This document shows, piece by piece, positions 51,295 through 64,000 of a DNA stretch of 64,000 nucleotides. Position 1 is the first letter of the stretch, and every line of letters starts with the position of its first letter. The stretch is taken from the NCBI RefSeq assembly GCF_001194135.2, contig NC_068989.1, forward strand, positions 85,323,202 to 85,387,201. Reading direction: 5' to 3'. Both the position numbers and the translations under genes were made by a program. The notes beneath the pieces were generated by a model. It was given only the letters and a program-made list of their open reading frames with translations, was not told the DNA's origin and searched no databases. The DNA is from Octopus bimaculoides. Lineage: Eukaryota.

Positions 51295-51468
51295 ATAAAA
51301 TCATGCAAATACTGGTTTTAAAAAACCCCATTGATAGAAAACGTTGAAGGCTGCCCATAGGACACGAATCCATATCTTCTGTAACTATAAAAGACGTTCT
51401 AGCTATGGGCAGCCTTCAGTTTTTTCTCTTCAAGAGCATTTTTAATCCAATATTTGCATGCTATTTAT
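51295..51468. repeat. MITE-like nested inverted repeat
   Basis: Inner arms tgaaggctgcccatag / ctatgggcagccttca (51345-51360 / 51403-51418). Outer arms around catgcaaata / tatttgcatg. Confidence 0.7.
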
Positions 51469-54400
51469 CAGCTTTCAGTTCCACTGTTCAAAACAAATAT
51501 ATGTAGTATCTCCATCTGTGTGTATGTGGTTGCTTGTTAATATTAGGATCTTTTACAGTATAGCTTAATCATTGAGTTTTCCCCATCAGAAACTAGAAAC
51601 CTGTTCCAGTTTGCATAACTCAACCATTGTTTTACGGTTAACATGAGGCTGTTTATATTCAGGTCTCTCATTCAATAACTTGTCACCATAATAGAAACAA
51701 ACAAAAGATGTTTTGATTTTCATATCCAAATTCAGCATTCAGTATTTGCTTTTTTTTTCTCTTTTTCTTCTGTTTTAAAATTCTTTTTTTCTTTTTACAT
51801 AGTATTTCTAAATAAAAACAGGGGGAAATAAAACGAATTTCCCCTAGATCTTTTATCCAAACTGTTGTTGTCTGTGTTTTTATTGACTTCATAATTACAT
51901 TTTTGGTTTGGTTTACTTTTAGCCCAAATATTAAACCATTGTGGCTGTAAGAATGGTTAAGACTGAGGTGTTTGTTGGAATCTAGTCTTTCATCTTTTAC
52001 TTGTTGCAGCCATGCTGGGGCACAGCCTTGAATTTTTAGTTGAATGGACACCAGTGCTTATTTTTTTAAAGCCTGGTCCTTGTTCTATTGGTCTGTTTTG
52101 CCAAACTAAGTTACAAGTATGTAAACACACCAACACTGTGGTGGTAGGGGACAGACACAAGCACACACTATATATATATATATATATATATATACCATGG
52201 GCTTCTTTTAGTTTCTGTCTACCAAATACACTCACAAGGCTTTGGTCAGCCTGAGGCTGTAGCAGAGGACACTTGCCCAAGGTGACATGCAGTGGGATTC
52301 AACCAAGAACCATGTGCTTGAGAAGCAAGCTTCTTGCCACCTAGCCATGCCTACACCTGAATAAAATGCTGTGGAGATGCCAGGGATTGAACCCGTGACA
52401 TTTGGTAGTCTTAGTAATGACTGAACTAGTTGTATGGATAGTGAAGTGACTAAAAACAGAGAGGTAATATTTCACTATGGATCTTTCAAAACCTACAGAT
52501 GTTAATTTTGCGCTTCATCTTTCTCCTCTCAATCTCTTCTATGTTCATGAAAGGATGTCCACAATGTAAGATATAGTGACCGATGGTGAAAGTGGAGTGT
52601 TTAGTGTATGTGTCTTACATTGTGGACAACCTTCCTTGAATATAGAAGGGGTTGAGAGGAGGAAGAGGAAGGTGTGGCATGGTCAGTCATTTCACTAACC
52701 CTCTCAGACCTGGACCCGTGGTTAACTTGACCCTCCACCTGGCTCCTGAGCAAGGAAATAAATAGTTGTATACACGGCTCAGGAGTAACAATTTCAGGTA
52801 AACTAATGAACAGAATCAAAAAAATAAAAAATCGGGTGACTAGGCCTGTCTTCTAACAACTGTATTTGTTCCCTTGAATTACTATTTTCCTCATCACTCT
52901 CACCAGTTTGATTGCTTGTCTAAGGGTAAACTTGTTGAAATTGTTGCTTACTCTCATCTGAAGAATAAATACCAACAATTTTCTCTATTGTGAAGGGTCT
53001 AGTCCATGCTTGTTTACCAGATGAAATGCTGGGTTCATCACATACTCTTTACTCTTTTACTTGTTTCAGTCATTTGATTGTGGCCATGCTGGAGCACCGC
53101 CTTTAGTCGAGCAAATCGACCCCAGTACTTATTCTATCGGTCTCTTTTGCCGAACCGCTAAGTTACGGGGACGTAAACACACCAGCATTGGTTGTCAAGC
53201 GATGTTGGGGGGACAAACACAGACACACAAACACACATATATATATATACAACGGGCTTCTTTCAGTTTCCGTCTACCAAATCCACTCACAAGGCTTTGG
53301 TCGGCCCGATGCTATAGTAGAAGACACTTGCCCAAGGTGCCACACAGTNNNNNNNNNNTAGTCGAGCAAATCGACCCCAGTACTTATTCTATCGGTCTCT
53401 TTTGCCGAACCGCTAAGTTACGGGGACGTAAACACACCAGCATTGGTTGTCAAGCGATGTTGGGGGGACAAACACAGACACACAAACACACATATATATA
53501 TATACAACGGGCTTCTTTCAGTTTCCGTCTACCAAATCCACTCACAAGGCTTTGGTCGGCCCGATGCTATAGTAGAAGACACTTGCCCAAGGTGCCACAC
53601 AGTGGGACTGAACCCGGAACCATGTGGTTGGTAAGCAAGCTACTTACCACACAGCCACTCCCATGCTCATTTCATTACAAAAATGTTTTTGTTTTCAATT
53701 AAAAAGAGAAGTAACAGCTATGGACAATGAACCATAAACACACTCAACTATAAAACTGCAACATCATCATTTGCCTTTTTAAATTTTTTTCTTTTTAACA
53801 TTTTATCTTCTTTTTCTGCATGTTCATTACTGCTTTAACAAGAATCCAGTACAGATTATGTTTAAGCTATTTCCACTATAGTAGTAACATGGCACAATAG
53901 TGTTAAAATTCCCTTGTAGCTGTGGATTGACAACCCTTCCTGAAACCATTTCTTGTTCCACTTTGCAAAATATCACGTTTAAAGTTTTCCTATTTAAGTT
54001 TAAAACTTCCAAAAGTTATTATTTCAAACCAGTTTAAAAATCAAAATTATGTATAATACATTAAAAGTCAGTTTAAATCTTGCTTGCTTGCTTGCAATGT
54101 TACTCAGCCAAACTGGAGCATAATGGGAAAATACTATTAATTTTTCCCACCACCCTGAAATGTTAATACGAACAAAATGAAACAAGTTTCACGTAAATCA
54201 GAGCAGTAGATATTGAGGTATTTGGGGGTATAAATACCCAAAACGGTGCATAATGGAAAAATGTTCTGAATTTAACTCCATCCCAAAAGGGAAGAAACTC
54301 TAACCTTTCAATGTCACATTCATTGAAAGCATGCAAAATAACCTGGAAAAGAAAAAACTCCATTGCTGGGAAACTTGGAGTTTCCCAGTGATCCAACAGG

Positions 54401-55429
54401 TCACGGATAGTCTAGTTTTATATAATAATTGGTGGATTGGCAGAACCAAATTTGGTCAAGCTCTCTACATTCTGAGTTGAAATCCTGATGAGGGCAACCT
54501 GTCCAAATAAAGTACCAATCAAATACTCTGTTTTATGGGAAACAATAAACACAATTTTATGGGCTTGTACCTATTTAAGAAATAAAATTTAATCCTTCCA
54601 AACACTTTTTAAACTAAATTGAAACACNNNNNNNNNNNNNNNNNNNNNNNNNNNNNNNNNNNNNNNNNNNNNNNNNNNNNNNNNNNNNNNNNNNNNNNNN
54701 NNNNNNNNNNNNNNNNNNNNNNNNNNNNNNNNNNNNNNNNNNNNNNNNNNNNNNNNNNNNNNNNNNNNNNNNNNNNNNNNNNNNNNNNNNNNNNNNNNNN
54801 NNNNNNNNNNNNNNNNNNNNNNNNNNNNNNNNNNNNNNNNNNNNTATTGACTTAAAATTTGATGACTTTCCTTTAATTCCAAACATCATTATTGTGATTA
54901 ATTTCTTTATCTTCTATTTTTTACAACCATTAAGACTGTAGTCAGGTTGTGGCACCGCCTTCAAGAATCTTTTATTTTTGCAGATGAATCAGCCCCCCCC
55001 CCCAGCACTTTTATTAAACCTGGTACTTACTCTATCCATCCCTTTTGCTGAACTGCTAAGTTACATGGACATAAACACACTGACACACACACACACATGG
55101 TGGGCTTGTTTCAGTTTCTGTCTACCACTCACAAGGCTTTGGTTGGCTCAAGACTATAGTAGAAGACAACTGCCCAAGGTGCCATGCAGTGGGACTGAAC
55201 CTGGAGCCATGTGGTTGGGAAGAAAGCTTCTTACCACGTAGCCACTCTCCTTCAAATCACATCCTACCATCTTTAAAAAGAAAAAAGAGGGACATCAGAT
55301 AATAAAGTTTGAGATGACATATCTAGAAAAGAGAAAAAATACTGGATAGTCATGTCCAGTGGCTCTGATCAGGGCCAACCTGGGTTTAAATAACAATTTG
55401 CTAACACTGAAAAACACATAATTTGATTA

Positions 55430-55467
<38 letters not shown>

Positions 55468-55491
55468 GGNNNNNNNNNNATAATTTGATTA

Positions 55492-55529
<38 letters not shown>

Positions 55530-55859
55530 GGGCGTGGCTGTGTGGCAAAAGAGATCGATAGAATAAGTACTAGGCTTTAAAAAATAAGTCCTGTGGTCAA
55601 TTTGTTTGACTAAAACCCTTCAAGGTGGTGCCCCAGCATGGCCACAATCAAGTAAAAGATAAAAGGTACTCCTATTTTGAGTTCTATTTTTCCCTTTTTG
55701 TATCATCAAACCTGTGGTTTATAAATATGTATACAAATTCCAAACTGTTCAAATCTGTATTTATGTGTTTGTGTGTATTATGTATGTCTTGCACATCATG
55801 ATAAAACCCTCTGTTTTTTTTTTTTTTTCTTTTTCAGATATTTAAATAAATTAAAATGC

Positions 55860-56856
55860 TTGTTCCATTTGATTTCCAAATAGGACAAATTATTGGAACA
55901 CGAATGGCTGGAGCTTCAGTCACTGAAACTGCTGGAATTGTTTGAGAGGTCAGAGTCTCTAAAATAACAATGGCATTCCACGCCCAAGGAACAAAAACTG
56001 CCTCTGGCCAGTGCAATTCAGGATGGAACACAAAAGCTCACAGAGGGACCACAGAATAGTGAAATGTATTGCCTTAAAACTATCAAACTACAGCAGTAAA
56101 CGTGATAGCAGAGCTAAATTACCATCTCGTCAACTCCGTGTCAAGAAAACCCATTTGCTGTGAGCTCCATAAAGCTGGGTAATATTGGAGGCCTGGAATT
56201 GCTAAAGCTCACCTGTTCTGCATCATGTTGATGTTTGGTAGATGGAAAAAATGGTGTCTAAACTATCAGAAGTAGTCAATGGCTCAATGAAACAATGTCA
56301 GTTTCTCTGATGAATTGTCATTCACTCTTTTTCCCAACTTCAAAGTAAGTTTATCTCTGGATACAGACCAAGAAAGCCTTTAACCTTAACTGGCTCCTTC
56401 TGTGAAATATGGAGGTGGCTCTGTTATGTTTTGGACAGCTATATCATGGAATTCTCTTGAGCTTTAACTCGGCAGAGTTAACTCCAAAGACTGTGTATTT
56501 TGGCAGATCATGTCCATCGTATGGTACAAACATTGTTCCTTGACAGCAGTAAAATCTTCCAGGACAATAATGTGCCAATTCACATAAATAATGTTATTCA
56601 AAATTGATATAAAGAGTACAATAGTGAAGTAGACCACTTGGATTGGATCCCACAACCACCAGATCTCAATATGGGTCTTTTGGAGCAGCAAGTGAGGAGC
56701 TGCTTCCCTTTGCCATTCTCACTGTTACAGCTGAAGCAGGTTTTAATTGAAGAATGTCTCAAAATTCCCCTGACAACTATTCAGAAGCTGATTGAGTCAA
56801 TTCTTCAACATATTAAAATTGTGATTGATACCAAAGGTGGACTAACCCTATATTAA
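55860..56856 (+). mobile_element. Tc1-type transposase pseudogene
   Basis: Broken frames read DFQIGQIIGTRMAGASVTETAG..., FSDELSFTLFP..., KYGGGSVMFWTAISW..., HVHRMVQTLF...FQDNNVPIH..., WIPQPPDLN...KIPLTTIQKLIESI...KGGLTLY*. Confidence 0.85.
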
Positions 56857-57100
56857 GTGAGGATTTCAAATTTTGGCTCAAGGTCACCAGTTTCGACGCC
56901 AGCACTTGATTGGTACTTTATTTCATCGATCCTGAGAAGATGAAAGGCAAAGTTGATCTCAGTATTAAATAATAAAACTTACATTTAACAAGCTGTTTCC
57001 ATTATTTTGTCCCTAAATGCATGTGTATATACACATGCATACATAAACACACACATGTGTGTGAATGTGTGTAGCTACTCCCATCAACTCAATAGTTCAT

Positions 57101-57134
<34 letters not shown>

Positions 57135-57220
57135 TTATTAATAAGGGTAGAAATTCATATTAATCAATTAAAACCAGTGGTCTAGCATATTAAAAAAATC
57201 CAAAGATTAAAATTATATTA

Positions 57221-57390
57221 CATACAAAAATAAGAGGAATGACCAGCAAAAGTGGACTCCTATATGCTAGAAATAGATGCCGAATCATCTAACCACGAAA
57301 TGAGAACATATTTTTTGTGGTTAGATGATTTGGCATCTATTTCTAGCATATAGGAGTCCACTTTTGCTGGTCATTCCTCTTATTTTTGTG
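57221..57390. repeat. Near-perfect palindrome, ~78-bp arms, ~10-nt loop
   Basis: acaaaaataagaggaatgaccagcaaaagtggactcctatatgctagaaatagatgccgaatcatctaaccac and its reverse complement at 57316-57388. Confidence 0.93.
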
Positions 57391-58478
57391 TGTGTATATA
57401 TATATATATATATTTGTGTGGATGAGTGGATAGACAGATAGATAAACACAGGCACACACCTGCATTAACAATACTGTCCCATTTCAGTGCCTGGAATTAC
57501 TTTATTAGATCTCTTTAGAAAGTTTCAAAATCTCTGTCTTAAACGGGGCCCCTTAATGGGTCCTACATAATGTGAGATCGAGATGCAAAAGGTTTTAGTT
57601 GAAGATTACACCTTGTTTAATTTGGAAACAGCATCAAACTAGCCATTAGTGACACAAGTATCTTACTGGTATGTTGTACAGGATAGACGTGTGTTTTGTC
57701 TATGCATGAACTCAGCTCTGTGTGTGTGAAAGAGAGGGAGAGAGAGAGAAATAAAGATGAAGAGACACAGATACCCTGAAAAAGTCAAATGGTCAGTAAT
57801 GCACACACCTACTAACAAGTTACATAAAAAAAGTCACCAAGATAATCAGCTTTGTTTAGATAGAGAGCTGACCTTTGACACAGTAGGGGACAATGTGATT
57901 GTAGTGTTTTTTTAAATTTTTATTTTTCACCCAAATAGTTGCTCCCTAGAAATATTATATTTTGACATCAGTAAATATCACCCAATTTCAAAACAAAAAA
58001 AAAAAAATGAAACAAACAAAATAAAGACAACAAGGACAAATATTACACACAATAATAATAAGAATAATATTAATAATAATAATAATAATGATAATAAAAT
58101 TAAAATAATATACTTTACATTTGAGGTGGGAACAGCCACTTGTAGAATTTTAACATTTTAAAAAGGCTTTAAAAAAGGTGGGAGAGGTGAATAAGCTAGG
58201 ATTTGAACCTAGATTCAGAACTTTCAGAATTATTTTTGTTTCTTTTTTCTTCACCAATTTAAAACAGTTTTTTAAAATTGTCTTATTTTTGTTTACTTTA
58301 GTTGGTTGGTTTCAATCTTCCTTTTANNNNNNNNNNNNNNNNNNNNNNNNNNNNNNNNNNNNNNNNNNNNNNNNNNNNNNNNNNNNNNNNNNNNNNNNNN
58401 NNNNNNNNNNNNNNNNNNNNNNNNNNNNNNNNNNNNNNNNNNNNNNNNNNNNNNNNNNNNNNNNNNNNNNNNNNNNNN

Positions 58479-58512
<34 letters not shown>

Positions 58513-60331
58513 GTGTGTGTATGTATGTACATTGAATATGTGAAGGAGTGCAAGACCATGTATGTGTATGTATATATATATTTATATACACACACATACA
58601 CACACATATATATATACCTGTCTGAACATGATGTGTTAAATTGACAAAGACCTCTGTTTACAGCGGACAGGGGTGAACACAGACCCCTGTCTTGTGATTA
58701 AAGGGGATCAGAAATGTCAAGATCTATGCTCGGAAGGACAAAGCAGCAACAACTTTGATCTGCCATCCTCTCAACCCAGTTTTCAGCCATAGCAAAGGAG
58801 TATACAATAAATACATAAATATAAATATAACCTTTTTTTTTTCACCTATAGGAAACGAGAGCAGGTGGTGAGAGGAGTACGGCAATGCTGGGTGGTGTCA
58901 TTGTGTCCTTCGGAGCGCCTCAGTCAGAACAGATATATAAAAACAATTTAAGAAATAATAATATTAATAATAACAATATTAATAATAATAATTCAGTGTG
59001 GAGTGTATAAACCAGAGTACTCAGATGTAAGCATGTGTTTACGTATATATACTCACATACAAGCTCATAAATTAACACACACATGCATACATACATACAT
59101 ATAAATATATATATGTATATACATACCTATATATGCACATATGTACATTTATATATAAATATATTATAATGCATATGTCTACAGCAATAAACATTACACA
59201 CACATATATACACGCATGTGTTCACACATTAAAAGGATGATTGCAGAAAGGTGACCACACCAGTTGTCCTGCAGATAACTAAAGTGATTCAAGCAGTACC
59301 TGGAAAAAAAAAAACCGGGGGTATGATAGGGAGTGAGTTGAGCAAGAGGAGAAGAGGGAGGAGGGTAAAAAGATATTATCACCATCATCACCATCATCAA
59401 TCTGGAGATGTATATTTTTCCTTCTATTTTGGTAAAAATAAAAAGAACAAAAAATATAAACCAAAAATACACAGAAAAATCCTTTTTTTTTCTTTGTATT
59501 CCACAATTCCACACGTAGCTCCCATTGAAAATGCCTGTTAAGGGGTCAATTTTTTGTGGGAGGAACAGCAAGATCCATGCTTGTTACAGCTGCTGCCATC
59601 ATTACCACCACCACCACCATCACTGCTGCCGCCAAGCCTAGACAAACAGCAACGCCACCAAAAGAAACGGTAGCATTGCCGAAGAGATTGGCGGCATTAC
59701 CGATGATGATGAGGACATCGGTATGGTGGTACCAATGACGTCTCCGGTGATGACTGGGGGCTTGCGTGGAGATGAAAAACAAAAAAAAGGAGAAAACGGT
59801 CATCAGGCAACGGACAACGAAAAGAGCAGATGTGCACTGAGGCTGGTAATAGGATTGGGTTGCAAATGCCATGCTGCTAACAATTCTCCGGATTCTTCAT
59901 TCGGTCCTTTTGTGGGAGAAGGCTGGGAGTGTTGGGGGAAAAAAAAAAAATTTTTTTAAGGTTTCATTGGTGGGGTAGGTGTTCTCCCNNNNNNNNNNNN
60001 NNNNNNNNNNNNNNNNNNNNNNNNNNNNNNNNNNNNNNNNNNNNNNNNNNNNNNNNNNNNNNNNNNNNNNNNNNNNNNNNNNNNNNNNNNNNNNNNNNNN
60101 NNNNNNNNNNNNNNNNNNNNNNNNNNNNNNNNNNNNNNNNNNNNNNNNNNNNNNNNNNNNNNNNNNNNNNNNNNNNNNNNNNNNNNNNNNNNNNNNNNNN
60201 NNNNNNNNNNNNNNNNNNNNNNNNNNNNNNNNNNNNNNNNNNNNNNNNNNNNNNNNNNNNNNNNNNNNNNNNNNNNNNNNNNNNNNNNNNNNNNNNNNNN
60301 NNNNNNNNNNNNNNNNNNNNNNNNNNNNNNN

Positions 60332-60371
60332 GGTTACGTAGTTCTTCAATCTGACTTTGGGCTTCTCGCAA
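60332..60371 (-). CDS. LRRFIP2: LRRFIP1/2 last coding exon, truncated by the gap 59989-60331
   Basis: gtattttcag|LREAQSQIEELRN then N. It is in phase after ...KRKLVRE, comparable to human LRSALDKTEELEVSN. Confidence 0.8.
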
Positions 60372-60809
60372 CTGAAAATACACAACAACATAGATATATA
60401 TAAACATACATATAGTGACTTAGATATAGTGCCCCTGGACTGGCTTGTGCGGGTGGCACATAAAAGACACCATTTCGAGCGTGGCCGTTTTCGTGTGGGT
60501 GACACGTAAAAGCACCCACTACACTCTGAGTGGTTGGCGTTAGGAAGGGCATCCAGCTGTAGAAACTCTGCCAAATCAGACTGGAGCCTGGTGTTGCCAT
60601 CCGGTTTCACCAGTCCTCAGTCAAATCGTCCAACCCATGCTAGCATGGAAAGCGGACGTTAAACGATGATGATACACAGGATTTAATGAATAAACTCGTT
60701 TAAATTGCCAAAAAAAAAATGAAAATAACATTGACATCTCATTTTAACAGATATATTTACCAAAATAACATAAAAACATCTTGAAATACTAAAGAGTAAA
60801 TTTATTCAA

Positions 60810-61112
60810 TTAAATCGCCATTGGCTTCAATATGGCCTCTAAACGACTTTGGAATCTCCAGCTCTTCTGGACGGTCTCCGTGTTTAACTTGGTGAATGCT
60901 GCCATAATCCTTGCCTTCAGTTCATTTTTGGTGTTACAAGGAGTTTTGTTGGTGTCTCGCTCAACTGCGCCCCAAACATAACAATGAAGGGAATTGCAGT
61001 CTGGGGAGTTAGGTGGCCAGATGTTAGGGGTGATGTGGTTGCAGAAATTGTGTGACAGCCATGACTGGGTTCTCCTGCTTGTGTGACATGGTGCAGAGTC
61101 CTGTCGCCAGAC
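60810..61112 (-). mobile_element. maT/DD37D-like transposase C-terminal fragment abutting a family-C SINE
   Basis: RPYVWRQDSAPCHTSRRTQSWLSHNFCNHITPNIWPPNSPDCNSLHCYVW...; there are 37 residues from the second D to the (mutated) third position. Confidence 0.85.
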
Positions 61113-61831
61113 ATAGGGTCTCTCGGAGTGGTTGGCATTAGGAAGGGCATCCAGCTGTAGAAACTCAGCCAAATCAGGTTGGAGCCTGGTGTAGCCATCT
61201 GGTTCACCAGTCTTCAGTCAAATCGTCCAACCCATGCTAGCATGGAAAGCGGACGTTAAACGATGATGATGATGATAGTTAAAACACAGTTGTTATAGAA
61301 ACAAGGTGGTGGTGTTATGATGGTTGTGTGGCCAAGATACTGTAAAAGACGTAGCTGTAAGCTGTAGAAGTGCGACACCACAGCCGCTGGACAGAGGTCA
61401 TCGCAATAGTAGAATGACAGAGGGAGCCACCATAGCAGTGTGATAGAGGTAGCCACAATGACAGTGTGACAGTGATAGCCACAAATAAAAGGTTTCAGGT
61501 CCAATGCGAGCGGCAGCCACAAGTGAAGTGGGAGTTGTTTAACCCTAGGTCAACCCAGATCAAAAGTATTCCTGTTTTGATCATACCATCTTTTTTTCCT
61601 GTACCCAAGAATGTGTTATCTGTGTCCTTTTTTTTAAGATGGCAAAGTGTAATTTAAAAGAGATTGGCTGCTATTTCTAGAAGGTTGAATAGCCACTTGG
61701 AGGCTCCCGTGTTGGCTGTGATAGGCCACAGATGCAGTGTTAGTAGTAGCTATAGGAAAGGTGAGGTGAGTGCAATGTCAGGTGTAGTGAAAAAAATGAT
61801 TAGCCACAGGTGAAATGTCAGATATATTTAC

Positions 61832-61936
61832 CTCGCGTACTAGTTTCCTCTTTTCCTGCTTCAGTTCATCTTCCAACTTTTCAGAATCCTCTGCATCACT
61901 TTTATATCGTCTCACCTGAGAGTCAAGTCTGTTTAC
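61832..61936 (-). CDS. LRRFIP2: LRRFIP1/2 coiled-coil exon
   Basis: tgtctttcag|VNRLDSQVRRYKSDAEDSEKLEDELKQEKRKLVRE|gtaaat, comparable to human [35 protein letters not shown]. 105 nt, phase 0 to 0. Confidence 0.93.
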
Positions 61937-62774
61937 CTGAAAGACAAATTATTACAGCATTAATTTCAAGTAACCCATTTAGAAATACAACAACTTAATC
62001 CTAATATAAGCTGCAACACACAAAGGCAGTGTTTAGCTATAAGACATAATTAATTCTAGTAGTCAGACATAACAAGACATAACTAATCCCAGTATTAAGC
62101 TACAAGACATAACTAATCCTTGTACTCAGCTGCAAGAAAATTAATTCCAGTGTCAAAAAAAACCTTACCTACAGATGTGTATGAAATAATCTTTAGGTTT
62201 TTAAGTCCACCAAATTCTCTAACATGGTTGGATATGTGGGAGTTCGAACCCCAACCACAAGATATTCAGTTAGGAATCACAAGTGAGTCCCCATAATTTC
62301 AAGTGTTTGATCTATAATTTGAGCAATCAGTATAAAGCTGTGACATAACATGGCTCCTTGGATGATCAAAAATTCACTCATTTTTCATCCTATAAAAACT
62401 GCTTGGCGCATAACTCAGCCAGACAGTTTCAGCAGATGGCTTTGAGCATTCGGGCAGACCGCCTTAGGTACTCACAGAAGGCAGACTGCTAAGATCTGAC
62501 CATGTTGGGCACTTAAACAGATCACCTCAAACAAAAAATGCCTTCAAACACTCATGATGGACCACAGCACAGTTCCCTCCTGCTAGTCAGTGGTTATATT
62601 ATATCCACATCTTTCTTTTATAAACAGCCAACACAGTAAATCATGTCCAGCAATAAATATGTTAAAATTTAAAAGTTTGTGAGTTGCTTTGTTTATCAAA
62701 CATGCAACCGGCTAGACTACAATACAACACACTCTAACAAGCAATCATGCAGCATTAGCGATAAGCATCTTTGT

Positions 62775-62998
62775 TATTTCTTTATTGCCCACAAGGGGCT
62801 AAACACAGAGGACAGACAAAGGGATTAAGTAGATTACATCGACCCAGTACGCAACTGGTACTTAATTTATCGACCCTGAAAGGATGAAAGGCAAAGTCGA
62901 CCTCGGCAGAATTTGAACTCGGAACGTAACGGCAGAAGAAATACTGCTAAGCATTTCGCCCGGCGCAATAACATTTCTGCCAGCTCGCCGCCTTTTGT
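62775..62998 (-). mobile_element. Young full-length SINE-B with 15-bp TSD
   Basis: TSD gataagcatctttgt at 62760-62774 and 62999-63013. CpGs are largely intact. Confidence 0.85.
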
Positions 62999-63371
62999 GA
63001 TAAGCATCTTTGTGACAGGCCCTTACAACTGAGAAGTTAAGGTTTCTGTAGGTACCTTATAAAAATAACAGGATACAGTAGCGATAAGAGGATCACTTTA
63101 CTGTTAAAGCATACAGCTTTTGATATTCAAAACTATATTCCTAACCATGTCAGGACATACATTACTGTTTCTTGAACAGCAAAGACTTTAAGAATTCAGA
63201 ACCTTTCATGTGATAGGTCACTAAAACCTTAAACATGACAAACAAGTTTCCAGATGTAACAAGTACCCCACAAGCTACAGGTCACCAGCTGTGACAAATA
63301 CCTGCACAGAACCACACAAACTGTAGGTCTTCAACTGAGACAAGGGCCCCACTGAAGCAAGCAATACTTAC

Positions 63372-63451
63372 TGATCCCTCCAATGTAGCAATGTCCTGTT
63401 CGGCTTTCTGTAGTTTTAGTTTGTATTCATGAATCTGTTTGCTAGCTTCTC
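63372..63451 (-). CDS. LRRFIP2: LRRFIP1/2 coiled-coil exon
   Basis: atttttcgcag|(R)EASKQIHEYKLKLQKAEQDIATLEGS|gtaagt, comparable to the LRRFIP pattern RDANRQISDLKFKLVKSEQEITALEQN. Upstream exons lie beyond the window. Confidence 0.92.
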
Positions 63452-64000
63452 CTGCGAAAAATAAAGACAGATGCAATGTAGTGGTGAGCATCAACATTTT
63501 CAATTGTTTCTTGCATATAAACTACAATGTAGATGAAACACGCAGACAAAATATGCTCAGTGAATGTAGAGGATTACATACATTATGAGTATGTCTATGA
63601 TAGTGAAACAAGGGCAACGAATAGAGAGGGTTCTGTGTAGTGTGATGCATGGAGGTAAAATATGAAGAGCCTATGTAGAAGACTGTGTTGTGTATGTATA
63701 TGATGGTGTTTATGGTAGTGAATATACAGGACACTACATGGTGTGTAAAAGCTGTGTATTGGGTATGGTAACATGGAGAGTGACTGTAGAGGGCTACATG
63801 TGGAGTGCATGAGGTGTGATGGTATAGAGTAGTGAAACATGGACAATATATGCAGAGGATTTCCAGTGATTAGAGAGAGAAGATTGAGTTTGGTTATTAA
63901 ATGTATAATATAACTACAAAAGCTGAACAAAAGTCAGTTAAAAAAAAAAAAAAAAAGAGACAGAATCAAGGGAAGATAATTAGGATTGTCTTGACAAATA

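Noticed and set aside
52365-52432. tRNA-Ala-like 3' half on the minus strand (gggttcaatccctggcatctcca)
   Set aside because: The 5' acceptor strand and anticodon arm are not recoverable. At most a decayed pseudogene or SINE head.
53099-53600. Apparent exact ~250-bp tandem duplication of a SINE-A and a 213-aa ORF
   Set aside because: The two identical copies are separated by a 10-N placeholder gap. This is an unmerged contig overlap (assembly artefact).
55420-55530. Duplicated ataatttgattagtg(TA)n-catgg
   Set aside because: Same 10-N overlap artefact.
59546-59959. Overlapping 60-108 aa ORFs
   Set aside because: Low-complexity (CAC/GAT) UTR-like sequence downstream of LRRFIP. No recognisable protein or splice framework.
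60810-61172. 120-aa ORF fusing MAEFLQLDALPNANHSE to a transposase fragment
   Set aside because: Chance in-frame junction of a family-C repeat (antisense) and a maT relic. The catalytic D is mutated and there is no promoter or splice evidence.

Overview
AT-rich, microsatellite- and SINE-dense eukaryotic scaffold with 8 N-gaps. The repeat content looks cephalopod (Octopus-like); the species is my inference. Three host genes are supported: (1) the terminal coding exon of a DUSP19-like dual-specificity phosphatase (+, 4753-5147); (2) an RBM45 orthologue (+, 12974-42768) with 9 visible phase-compatible exons, at least one exon missing (probably in the gap 27484-28157) and possibly a second running into the gap at 33336; (3) the last three coding exons of an LRRFIP1/2 orthologue (-, 63451 down to the gap ending at 60331). 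The rest is decayed Tc1/mariner (DD37D maT-like and Tc1-type) relics, a Ty3/gypsy RT-RNaseH relic, mariner/piggyBac/hAT-type MITEs, several SINE families, probable Penelope-like termini and many long foldbacks. Most notable: a DRACH/GAC-rich ~31-bp tandem array directly upstream of an AATAAA downstream of the RBM45 stop (hypothesis: autoregulation by an m6A/GAC reader); several long hairpins inside the RBM45 pre-mRNA; a perfect RFX X-box next to a 34-bp-period array in the intergenic region; and degenerate hammerhead-ribozyme cores. No prokaryote-type system (CRISPR etc.) is present. All alignments were done by eye, and repeat boundaries are approximate.
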